Shown: piece by piece, positions 6,575 to 13,065 of the stretch | How positions within the stretch are numbered: the stretch's first letter is position 1 | How the letters are laid out: the number at the start of each line of letters is the position of its first letter | From: a virus | Reading direction: 5' to 3' (one strand) | Length of the DNA stretch: 18,120 bases | Virus record (IMG/VR): IMGVR_UViG_3300045988_002049 | Made by a program: the position numbers and the translations under genes | The notes under the pieces: generated by a model | Database searches by the model: none | What the model was told of the DNA's origin: nothing | What the model saw: the letters and a program-made list of their open reading frames with translations, nothing else

Positions 6575-7359
6575 TCTCCATAATTATGGCAGTTACCGAA
6601 AATTGTATCATAAGAGCCCCATATCTGCATGAAACACGGTTCAAGGCTCCGCACGACTTCCATGTCCACATTGATAATCGCCTGCCGGTACTCTTGAATC
6701 AAGCTCATGGCGCTCTGACTACGCCCGCTCACATGGCTCTTGCCCTTGGAATTGCTCGAATCATGCTGGTAGTCGGTTGCGCTTTGCGCCGTGGTGTGGC
6801 TGGTTGAATCCTGCGAACTGGACGCGGTGCCGGAGCTGTCCGCCTGCGATTCGTTCGCATGTGAGGCGTAGCGGGCGAAGTCGCCCACAACGCCGGTTTG
6901 CGGCACGTCACTATCGAAACTCTTGGACGTGGTGGTACTGGAATTATCCGACTTGGACGTGCTGGAACTGGTCGAATCCTGCGTACTGGACGCTTTGCCG
7001 GACGACTGGGATTCGCTGCCGCTCTCGCTGTCCGTCGTCATATCCATAGAATCCAACGGGTTATATTCCATGTCCAACGTCCGATAGCGTTCATTAAAAT
7101 ATGGCATGATTTCCGCCATAGTCATTCCCAAGTAGAAAATGAACTGTTGGGCGGTTTCCTGACCGATTTCCCTTAATGCGTAATGGCGGACGATTTTCTC
7201 GTTCAACTCTGCGCGGTGAGATTCGTTGTAAATCGGGTAATAGTCGGCGCTAAGGTGCAGCTTGTCGTCGGTATCATAGCCGAACGCAATAAGATTGCCG
7301 AGGGTTTCGGTGTATTCTCCCGGCGTCGCCATCGCATAGGCGCTAAAATCCTGTGTCAC
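6571..7359 (-). CDS. Lower collar protein (phi29 gp11-like) with a Ser/Thr/Asp-rich insertion
   Basis: YPIYNESHRAELNEKIVRHYALREIGQETAQQFIFYLGMTMAEIMPYFNERY matches the motif I recall from lower-collar proteins of small podophages. The GTG start overlaps the portal stop (GTGA), with SD GGAGGTG. It sits directly after the portal, as in phi29. Confidence 0.7.
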   Translation of the reverse strand: MTQDFSAYAMATPGEYTETLGNLIAFGYDTDDKLHLSADYYPIYNESHRAELNEKIVRHYALREIGQETAQQFIFYLGMTMAEIMPYFNERYRTLDMEYNPLDSMDMTTDSESGSESQSSGKASSTQDSTSSSTSKSDNSSTTTSKSFDSDVPQTGVVGDFARYASHANESQADSSGTASSSQDSTSHTTAQSATDYQHDSSNSKGKSHVSGRSQSAMSLIQEYRQAIINVDMEVVRSLEPCFMQIWGSYDTIFGNCHNYGE

Positions 7360-8309
7360 AATACACCTCCGATACCCGCGTCATATGATGCGGGCATATC
7401 AATGTCCGTCGTGCCGCTTGCGCTCGAATCGAGCGCGTTTGGTACGCCGGAGCTTTGCGCGTCCGCATACTCGACCCACACGTTCAATTGCGGCCACAAT
7501 CGGTTAATCTCAGTTGCCGCAGCCTGCCGCGCCTTGAGGAAGCTCAGGCGGAACACGTCTACTTTCTCGTTGGCTTGCGCCACTTCATCCGAAATAAGCC
7601 GTTCTTTCTTCTCTGTGCCAGACGATTGGATGCCGAGATATCCCAGCACCTCGTTAGTCACCTGCGCTTTTTGCTGGACGAACTTGTCCAACAGATAAGG
7701 TGTCGTGTTGGGCCACGGTTGGAACATGCTACCGGGGTCAAGCGAGTCGTATCCGATGATATAATCCTGACCGTCCTGCCGTTGCTGAAGCATGTTCTGC
7801 ACGGTGAGTTTTGTGCGGGGGTCGGCTGTGATGATGGTCGGTAATTTCAGACTCTCCAAATTAACGTCATACGCCTTGTCGATATCGGCGAGACGCCGCG
7901 CGTACTGCCATAACGTCGGCTTGAATCCGACGCGCATTCGATTGTCCCATATCGGAATGCATTCCGAACCTGCTTTAAGCTGCCTATAATGGTAGTTGAC
8001 GCCTACCGGCTCGAAACATGTCGGATTATTATACACATTCAATCTGCCTTGATAACCCGCCTGAGTCACAAGAAACCTGCCGATACGCTTGTCCTCGAAA
8101 AACAACGCGCAACCGTACTCGCACAGACATATTTCCAACCAACGCTCATCTACAGTGGGCGGCAGTCCGCGCCAGCTGAAGCGGTTCAACGCCAGTTCCA
8201 TCAGCAAATGAAGATACATGTCATCAAGCGTGGCAGCGCGTGCTTTCGCGTAATTGCCGCGTGGATGCAACGCGCCGCCAACTCGACTCTTTTTTTTAGA
8301 CCTACTCAT
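7356..8309 (-). CDS. Portal / upper collar (connector) protein (phi29 gp10-like)
   Basis: RFSWRGLPPTVDERWLEICLCEYGCALFFED and LGIQSSGTEKKERLISDEVAQANEKVD closely parallel phi29 gp10 ([58 protein letters not shown]). At 317 aa it is close to the 309 aa of gp10. Confidence 0.95.
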   Translation of the reverse strand: MSRSKKKSRVGGALHPRGNYAKARAATLDDMYLHLLMELALNRFSWRGLPPTVDERWLEICLCEYGCALFFEDKRIGRFLVTQAGYQGRLNVYNNPTCFEPVGVNYHYRQLKAGSECIPIWDNRMRVGFKPTLWQYARRLADIDKAYDVNLESLKLPTIITADPRTKLTVQNMLQQRQDGQDYIIGYDSLDPGSMFQPWPNTTPYLLDKFVQQKAQVTNEVLGYLGIQSSGTEKKERLISDEVAQANEKVDVFRLSFLKARQAAATEINRLWPQLNVWVEYADAQSSGVPNALDSSASGTTDIDMPASYDAGIGGVL

Positions 8310-8315
8310 ATTGCC

Positions 8316-8324
8316 ATTATATCA
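8316..8324 (-). promoter_or_regulatory. Perfect extended -10 box TGATATAAT; its TGA is the tail-knob stop codon and its hexamer ends 6 nt before the portal ATG
   Basis: Minus strand reads tac gag TGA TATAAT ggcaat ATG. There is no SD upstream of the portal ATG. Confidence 0.5.
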
Positions 8325-10649
8325 CTCGTAACCAATGCCCGGAAGTGGCTCATTGTCGGCCCAATCGGTCACACCGATATACTCAGGCTTGTTCCAAACC
8401 GTCACGCCACGCTCGAACATGCCCTTGATAGTCAATCGGTATTCTTCCGGCAACGTTCCTCGCACATAGGCTTCCTGCATCTGCCAGAACGTGAATTTCT
8501 CCATGCATTCCAGCGAAGCAGGCGGAGTGACGAATCGTTGGACAAAATATCCATAGCGTAGCATGTATTCGCCTGCCGCCCTCAACGCGCTTGGCGCACA
8601 CGTTTTGAATCTCACTAGCACGCCCATGATTCCATTGCTCAGATTGAACATGTCGCCGCCGAGCGCTCCTGAAGTGGTCGGGGGAGTCAGTTGCATTTGC
8701 TGCACTTGAGCGTTGATTCCGGCAATGGCGTTCTGGTAGTCACCTTGAGCCGCATAGTCGGCCAGTCCGTAATTGGCTTGCGAGGTGATGGCGCTGAGCT
8801 GGTTGCTCAATCCGGTTGCACCGCTTGCGTATGCGTTGGCCTGTGACGTGGCTGCCGCATTGGTGGCAAGCTGATTGGCCGTACTCGCCGCCGCCGTGGA
8901 ATTGGAGACAGCGGCAGACGAATTGATGCCGTAATTGGCGATGTCCGTATGTGCGGAACCGAGGAACGCACCGCCAACCGCGTTCACCGCACCCAATGGA
9001 CTGCGTGACGCAATGGCGTTCAATCCCCCACCGATAATACCGGCCATGCCGTTGAGATTGTTGCTCTTAATGTTCTGTTCCACTTGGAGATTAGCCATTT
9101 GACTGGTTTGATTCTGCCCGATGGCGAGAGACTGGTTCAGCGAGTTTGCTGTGATGGCATTGGTTGCCGTCCTGTTTTCGTTTGCCCAATTGGTTTGCCG
9201 TGTGGCGTATTCGCGCTGCAATGCGGCATTGGAGTTGGCCACGTTTGCTGAAGTCAAAGCTTTTTCTCTAGTCCATTGGGCTGATTCCTGCGCGTAGGCG
9301 CGGGTGTATGCACTGTTTGCCATTGCCAGTGCGCCGCCATTATTGACGACGGAAAAGTGGGGCAGGTTGGTGATACCGAAACTTGCGTTAAGCATTTCTC
9401 CGCCGTCGATGGGCAGGCCCATGTCTTTGCCGTTAATGCGCAGCGGGACCGTAGTACTCGCTCCGGCCTCATTGTATCCGGGGATGTAGAAATTGATTCT
9501 TGCGCCGGACGGCGCGTAAGTGTAGGTTTCGCGGACGGTGAGCGTGTCGGATTGGATGTCTTCAGGCCGGTAAGTAATGACCGTACCGTTCAGACAGCTA
9601 CATTCGATAACGCAGAACGGATAGCAATAGAGCTTGCGCAGATTCCGGTATCGGGCGGGGATGTTGAATTTATTACGAAAGTTCGCAACGGACATAACAT
9701 CTTCGTAGCGTAAATCCGAATCGAGAGAAGAATTAAAAGAATAAATGTTGCCATATTCCTCGGACACCGCCTGTCCGTAAATCTCCGTAACCCTATGTCC
9801 ATATCGGCTCACGTAATCCTGTGGAATCTTCGGCACCATGTAGACGGCGCAAATACCTTGCGTCACCCAAGGAAACAGCGTGCCAAGAGCCATGATGTTG
9901 GCGACATACGCCATTCGGTTCTCGCAATAATAGACGGAACAGCCGTCCGTCTCCTGCTCGAAGATGGCCCCGGTTGCGGTGGTGAGCTTTGGTTCGGAAG
10001 TGCTGCCGGGGTCGTCGGTGAGATTCGTGGTACTGACCACAATCAAACCGTAGTCTACCCAATCGACCCCACCACCGTCTATGTCATAGTGCTGGCCTTC
10101 GATGATGCTCTGGTATTCCTGCGATGTCGTGACCATCTCGCTGCCTGTGTCCAAACCTTCCGGCAAAGCGAGATACGTGCGTCCGTAATCGTTCCACTGG
10201 TGTTCGTTGGCGACGCCGATATGTCCGCGCGTCACATAGCAGCTGCCGAATGTGACGTCATGCTGGAAACTCTGCCACACGTCCAACATCAAAACCAATT
10301 GCGTGCAATGGGCGTTGACGTATTCGACGCGCTGGATGAAGTAATACCATGCGCGTGGCCCCTCCAAACCGGGATAATCGTTATAGGCGACAAGATAGTT
10401 CCAGTTCGACGCCTCGTTAAACGGCAGTTCGACGCGGGCGGGCGCGTTGAAAATATGCATGGTGGCCGGACGGCATTCCACGCCGTCCAGTTTGTCGAAC
10501 CATTCCCGCTGCGTTTCACGTGAAACAAACCGCACAATATCACGATATGAAGCATCCCACGGCACGCGGCAGAGTTTTAATGTCGTGTTTGGCGTCCATT
10601 CCGCCCAAGAAAAATTAGATTCCACATAAGGATTCGCGTCGTCAATCAT
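8322..10649 (-). CDS. Tail knob / major tail protein (phi29 gp9-like), 775 aa
   Basis: AWYYFIQRVEYVN...LMLDVWQSF, CYVTRGH, CYPFCVIECS, YMLRYGYFVQRF and VTVWN parallel phi29 gp9 (WFYAFVTELEF...EIDVLQTWMF, REH, MYPYCVTEI, FFHKYGYKINRV, ITLWH). The start is set at ATG 10649 (SD GGAGGA 6 nt upstream) rather than the track start 10682. Confidence 0.9.
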   Translation of the reverse strand: MIDDANPYVESNFSWAEWTPNTTLKLCRVPWDASYRDIVRFVSRETQREWFDKLDGVECRPATMHIFNAPARVELPFNEASNWNYLVAYNDYPGLEGPRAWYYFIQRVEYVNAHCTQLVLMLDVWQSFQHDVTFGSCYVTRGHIGVANEHQWNDYGRTYLALPEGLDTGSEMVTTSQEYQSIIEGQHYDIDGGGVDWVDYGLIVVSTTNLTDDPGSTSEPKLTTATGAIFEQETDGCSVYYCENRMAYVANIMALGTLFPWVTQGICAVYMVPKIPQDYVSRYGHRVTEIYGQAVSEEYGNIYSFNSSLDSDLRYEDVMSVANFRNKFNIPARYRNLRKLYCYPFCVIECSCLNGTVITYRPEDIQSDTLTVRETYTYAPSGARINFYIPGYNEAGASTTVPLRINGKDMGLPIDGGEMLNASFGITNLPHFSVVNNGGALAMANSAYTRAYAQESAQWTREKALTSANVANSNAALQREYATRQTNWANENRTATNAITANSLNQSLAIGQNQTSQMANLQVEQNIKSNNLNGMAGIIGGGLNAIASRSPLGAVNAVGGAFLGSAHTDIANYGINSSAAVSNSTAAASTANQLATNAAATSQANAYASGATGLSNQLSAITSQANYGLADYAAQGDYQNAIAGINAQVQQMQLTPPTTSGALGGDMFNLSNGIMGVLVRFKTCAPSALRAAGEYMLRYGYFVQRFVTPPASLECMEKFTFWQMQEAYVRGTLPEEYRLTIKGMFERGVTVWNKPEYIGVTDWADNEPLPGIGYE

Positions 10650-10665
10650 TGTTATCCTCCGGTAC

Positions 10666-10708
10666 GACAAGGCCCGAAACAATCACGTGGATTGCTCCGG
10701 GCCTTGTC
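10666..10708 (-). promoter_or_regulatory. Long interrupted stem-loop immediately upstream of the tail-knob SD
   Basis: GACAAGGCCCG/CGGGCCTTGTC (11 bp), a 3x3 internal loop, then CAATC/GATTG (5 bp) with a 5-nt loop. It ends 8 nt before the GGAGGA SD. There is no U-tract, so it is not a classical terminator. Confidence 0.6.
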
Positions 10709-10722
10709 TTGCATCACATCGT

Positions 10723-10749
10723 GAGAGAGAGAGAGAGAGAGAGAGAGAG
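10723..10749. repeat. (GA)13 dinucleotide microsatellite, (UC)n in the minus-strand transcript
   Basis: GAGAGAGAGAGAGAGAGAGAGAGAGAG read directly, in the intergenic space between capsid and tail-knob genes. Its 3' part (plus strand) pairs with 10759-10770 to form a short hairpin (10745-10770). Confidence 0.95.
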
Positions 10750-10770
10750 TAGCCAACCGGCTACCCTCTC

Positions 10771-10779
10771 ATTATATCA
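10771..10779 (-). promoter_or_regulatory. Perfect extended -10 box TGATATAAT whose TGA is the capsid stop codon
   Basis: Minus strand reads acc gcg TGA TATAAT gagaggg. A transcript starting here would carry the 115-nt hairpin/(UC)n leader of the tail-knob gene. Confidence 0.45.
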
Positions 10780-12507
10780 CGCGGTCACGGTCACACTCTT
10801 CTTTCCGGACACGCCGAACAGCGTGGCGGTGATATCAGAGTTGCCCGCCTTGACGCCAGTCACCACGCCGGACTCGGATACGGTGGCATTCGCCGGAGTG
10901 CCGGACGTCCATGCGGCCTGTGCGGTCACGTCGGCGGTACGTCCGTCAATCATGGTTGCCACGGCGGTCGCCTGCGCCGTATGTTCCACAGTCACGTTCG
11001 GGACGGTCACGGCAATGGACGCGACGATAGACGGGTTGAATCCGATAACACCGTCACCGACCACTGGCACGTCTAGGGCTGCGGACACGGTGCCCGGCAC
11101 TTCCGGCGTCGCCGGATTCGTATATAAGGCGGTTGCAGTAATCGGGATGGTGGTGTTCGGTTCGTCAAGGCCGACCACCAGCACGCCGGTAGGCGAGATA
11201 TATGTGTAATCGCTCTTCGGCTTGGCAGTGTCACCGATACGATACTCGACCGCATCCGAGCGGAACGTGGCAGTACCGTCATTAGTGATAGTCGTGTCGG
11301 CAGTGACTTGCACCGCGCCACCACGCGCCACATCGCTCGGAGTTTCCGAGCCACCGCCATACATGGCAAGTTTGAGTTGGAATGTCGGTGTTTCGGCCTG
11401 CGTGCCGGTAGGTGTCACCACGTTGGCGGTGGAACCTGCGCCAGTCCAGAACATCACGGCCGGGGCGAAGCCGGACACTGAGATGATGTGCTGGACATGC
11501 AGATAATGGTTGACCGAATTGATGTTTACCGGATTAGTCTGCTGAGTCATCTCGTTAATGACCGGAATGTCAATCAGGAACTTGTCGGTCGTAAGAATGG
11601 CCTGAACACCATCCATGCCGAACCTATCTTGCGGAATGACGATAATCCGGTCAATGGTCGGCTCGGCGTCCGTACGCTGGAATACCGTGGCGAGGCCCTG
11701 CACGTCAAGCGCCGACTTGACTTCAGGCGAGCAGAACAATACGAGTTCGTCCGGACGGGCGAACGTCGGCATGTGGCGGGCGTTGTACTTGGTGGACACG
11801 AATTTAAGCGTGTCGGCCCATGCGCGAATCTGGCGCAGCATGTCGCGGGCGTCCGTTTCCGAACTGCCCATGTTGTTCAGGTCCTTATCCATATGCACTC
11901 GCCAATATCCGCCGAGCTTCGCATATTCGACGAACTGGTGGCACAAGGCTTCGAACAAGTCAACTTCAGCCGCGTTATAGCAGGATGTAAGAATCTGCGA
12001 AGTGAGCGAGGCCAGACCGTTTTCGGACGTGAAAGCACGCTGCAATGTCTTGTCGTCCGTAGTCGCGGGATACCAGTGAGCGAAATCCAGACGGTGATAG
12101 AGCGAATCCACGTCGATTTTCCACTTGCGGAAGTTGTCTGCGCCGAGATATTCCGCATTGGGGTCATAGACCTGCGCGAGCGGCATTCCCACGGCGATTT
12201 CCTGCCACGTGTCGCCATACGCCTGCGATGCTCGCTGGAAAACGCTGAGAGGATTGTTCCAACGCCACGTGTTCACATAGGTGCCGCCGATACGGTTCAC
12301 CAGTGCCGAATAAAACTCATTCTTGAGCTGGGTGGACGACATAAGCGTGGCCATCTGCCTATCCATATTCATCTGAGTGGCCGAGGGCATTCGTCGCTGG
12401 TACTCTGGCGACGCCTCGTTGCGAATCATATTCAAAATTTGAGCGTTGTTAAATTCGGTGAGCGGGCGAAGCTGCTGCTTCGGCGTCACCACTGGAGTGG
12501 TTGCCAT
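10777..12507 (-). CDS. Major capsid protein (phi29 gp8-like, HK97 fold) with a C-terminal Big_2 Ig-like domain
   Basis: ILNMIRNEASPEYQRRMPSA, NEFYSALVNRIG and ILTSCYNAAEVDLFE parallel phi29 gp8 ([45 protein letters not shown]). The C-terminal approximately 75 aa (VTAQAAWTSGTPANATVSESGVVTGVKAGNSDITATL...VTVTA) is a textbook Big_2 pattern. SD is AGGAAGGAA. Confidence 0.95.
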   Translation of the reverse strand: MATTPVVTPKQQLRPLTEFNNAQILNMIRNEASPEYQRRMPSATQMNMDRQMATLMSSTQLKNEFYSALVNRIGGTYVNTWRWNNPLSVFQRASQAYGDTWQEIAVGMPLAQVYDPNAEYLGADNFRKWKIDVDSLYHRLDFAHWYPATTDDKTLQRAFTSENGLASLTSQILTSCYNAAEVDLFEALCHQFVEYAKLGGYWRVHMDKDLNNMGSSETDARDMLRQIRAWADTLKFVSTKYNARHMPTFARPDELVLFCSPEVKSALDVQGLATVFQRTDAEPTIDRIIVIPQDRFGMDGVQAILTTDKFLIDIPVINEMTQQTNPVNINSVNHYLHVQHIISVSGFAPAVMFWTGAGSTANVVTPTGTQAETPTFQLKLAMYGGGSETPSDVARGGAVQVTADTTITNDGTATFRSDAVEYRIGDTAKPKSDYTYISPTGVLVVGLDEPNTTIPITATALYTNPATPEVPGTVSAALDVPVVGDGVIGFNPSIVASIAVTVPNVTVEHTAQATAVATMIDGRTADVTAQAAWTSGTPANATVSESGVVTGVKAGNSDITATLFGVSGKKSVTVTA

Positions 12508-12529
12508 GATGGTTATTCCTTCCTAATTG

Positions 12530-12871
12530 TCAGTCTTCATATAAATCGTCAAACGTGCTGTAGGTGCCGTTATAGTCGTCGTCGGTCATTTCAGCCGATT
12601 CCGGAGTCGCATCGTCGTCGGGGCCATCGTTCAGTACATGGTCGGCGGCGGCGTCGCGCATCGCTTCGACGGTTTTGGACAATTCTGCCACGGTCGCCTC
12701 CAATGCGCTCAGCCGGTCGGACATGTCGGCGGTTTTGTCGTCGCCTGCGTCGTCGGGGTCGTTATCGCCCTGTGCTTCAGTCTCCGGGTTCGGCGTATTG
12801 TCGTCGGCGGTCACGTCCGGTTCGGTGTCGGGCGTGGTGTCCGGCTTGTCATCATTTTCGGTGTCGTCCAT
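12530..12871 (-). CDS. Highly acidic 113-aa protein; scaffolding-protein candidate (position of phi29 gp7)
   Basis: It lies immediately upstream of the capsid gene. A central helical segment (LSALEATVAELSKTVEAMRDAAA) is flanked by D/E/T/P-rich tails. ATG 12871 is preferred over the track GTG 12877, which is part of the SD AAGAGGTG. Confidence 0.55.
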   Translation of the reverse strand: MDDTENDDKPDTTPDTEPDVTADDNTPNPETEAQGDNDPDDAGDDKTADMSDRLSALEATVAELSKTVEAMRDAAADHVLNDGPDDDATPESAEMTDDDYNGTYSTFDDLYED

Positions 12872-12891
12872 AATCACCTCTTAAGGTAGAT

Positions 12892-12919
12892 GGCACGGCA
12901 GCAATCACGCTGCCGTGCC
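12892..12919 (-). promoter_or_regulatory. Perfect 11-bp GC-rich stem-loop 15 nt upstream of the scaffold SD
   Basis: GGCACGGCAGC-aatcac-GCTGCCGTGCC. There is no U-tract on either strand. The flanking AGCAATC / GATTGCT can form an alternative pairing. Confidence 0.6.
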
Positions 12920-13056
12920 GGATTGCTAGGCTGTGCGGGTTCCCTCGCCGTCGATGGGCGTTGGCTACGCACGTCTACATCCGACCGAATCGCCTTACCG
13001 ATTGCCTACCGGTCGGGCCACTGAATCGGCTTAGGACGCACACCCCGCTACCGGTC

Positions 13057-13065
13057 ATTATAGCA
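13057..13065 (-). promoter_or_regulatory. Perfect extended -10 box TGCTATAAT overlapping the DNA polymerase stop codon; candidate late promoter or ncRNA promoter
   Basis: Minus strand reads gtg cta TAA tga, that is TGcTATAAT. It is followed by the 180-nt non-coding structured region and then the scaffold and capsid genes. Confidence 0.5.

Noticed and set aside
8310-8324. 15-mer similarity between TGATATAATGGCAAT (8310-8324) and TGATATTATGGCAAT (15565-15579) as a dispersed repeat
   Set aside because: My rough estimate is that several 14/15 matches are expected by chance in an 18-kb self-comparison. I therefore do not treat the extended match as a repeat element, and I consider only the promoter-like core.
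9795-10523. 242-aa plus-strand ORF, plus other plus-strand ORFs of 60-190 aa (for example 583..1002, 1128..1703, 5199..5714, 7183..7698, 7989..8561)
   Set aside because: All are antisense to minus-strand genes with strong motif support. They lack ribosome-binding sites and have shadow-frame composition.
10650-10712. 20-codon upstream ORF (MQDKARSNPRDCFGPCRTGG) ending in the tail-knob SD
   Set aside because: It has no SD of its own and coincides with the long stem-loop. It is more simply explained as RNA structure. I cannot exclude a regulatory uORF.
11488-12873. 461-aa plus-strand ORF (the longest plus-strand ORF), with an Arg-rich C-terminus
   Set aside because: It is entirely antisense to the capsid and scaffold genes, which have unmistakable homology. 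Its composition (Arg/His/Val-rich) is typical of antisense frames of GC-rich coding DNA. No SD is present.
12930-13050. Possible tRNA in the GC-rich structured intergenic region (GGTTCCCTC resembles a T-arm)
   Set aside because: No cloverleaf could be drawn. There is no GTTCGAATC-type T-loop with a matching acceptor stem.
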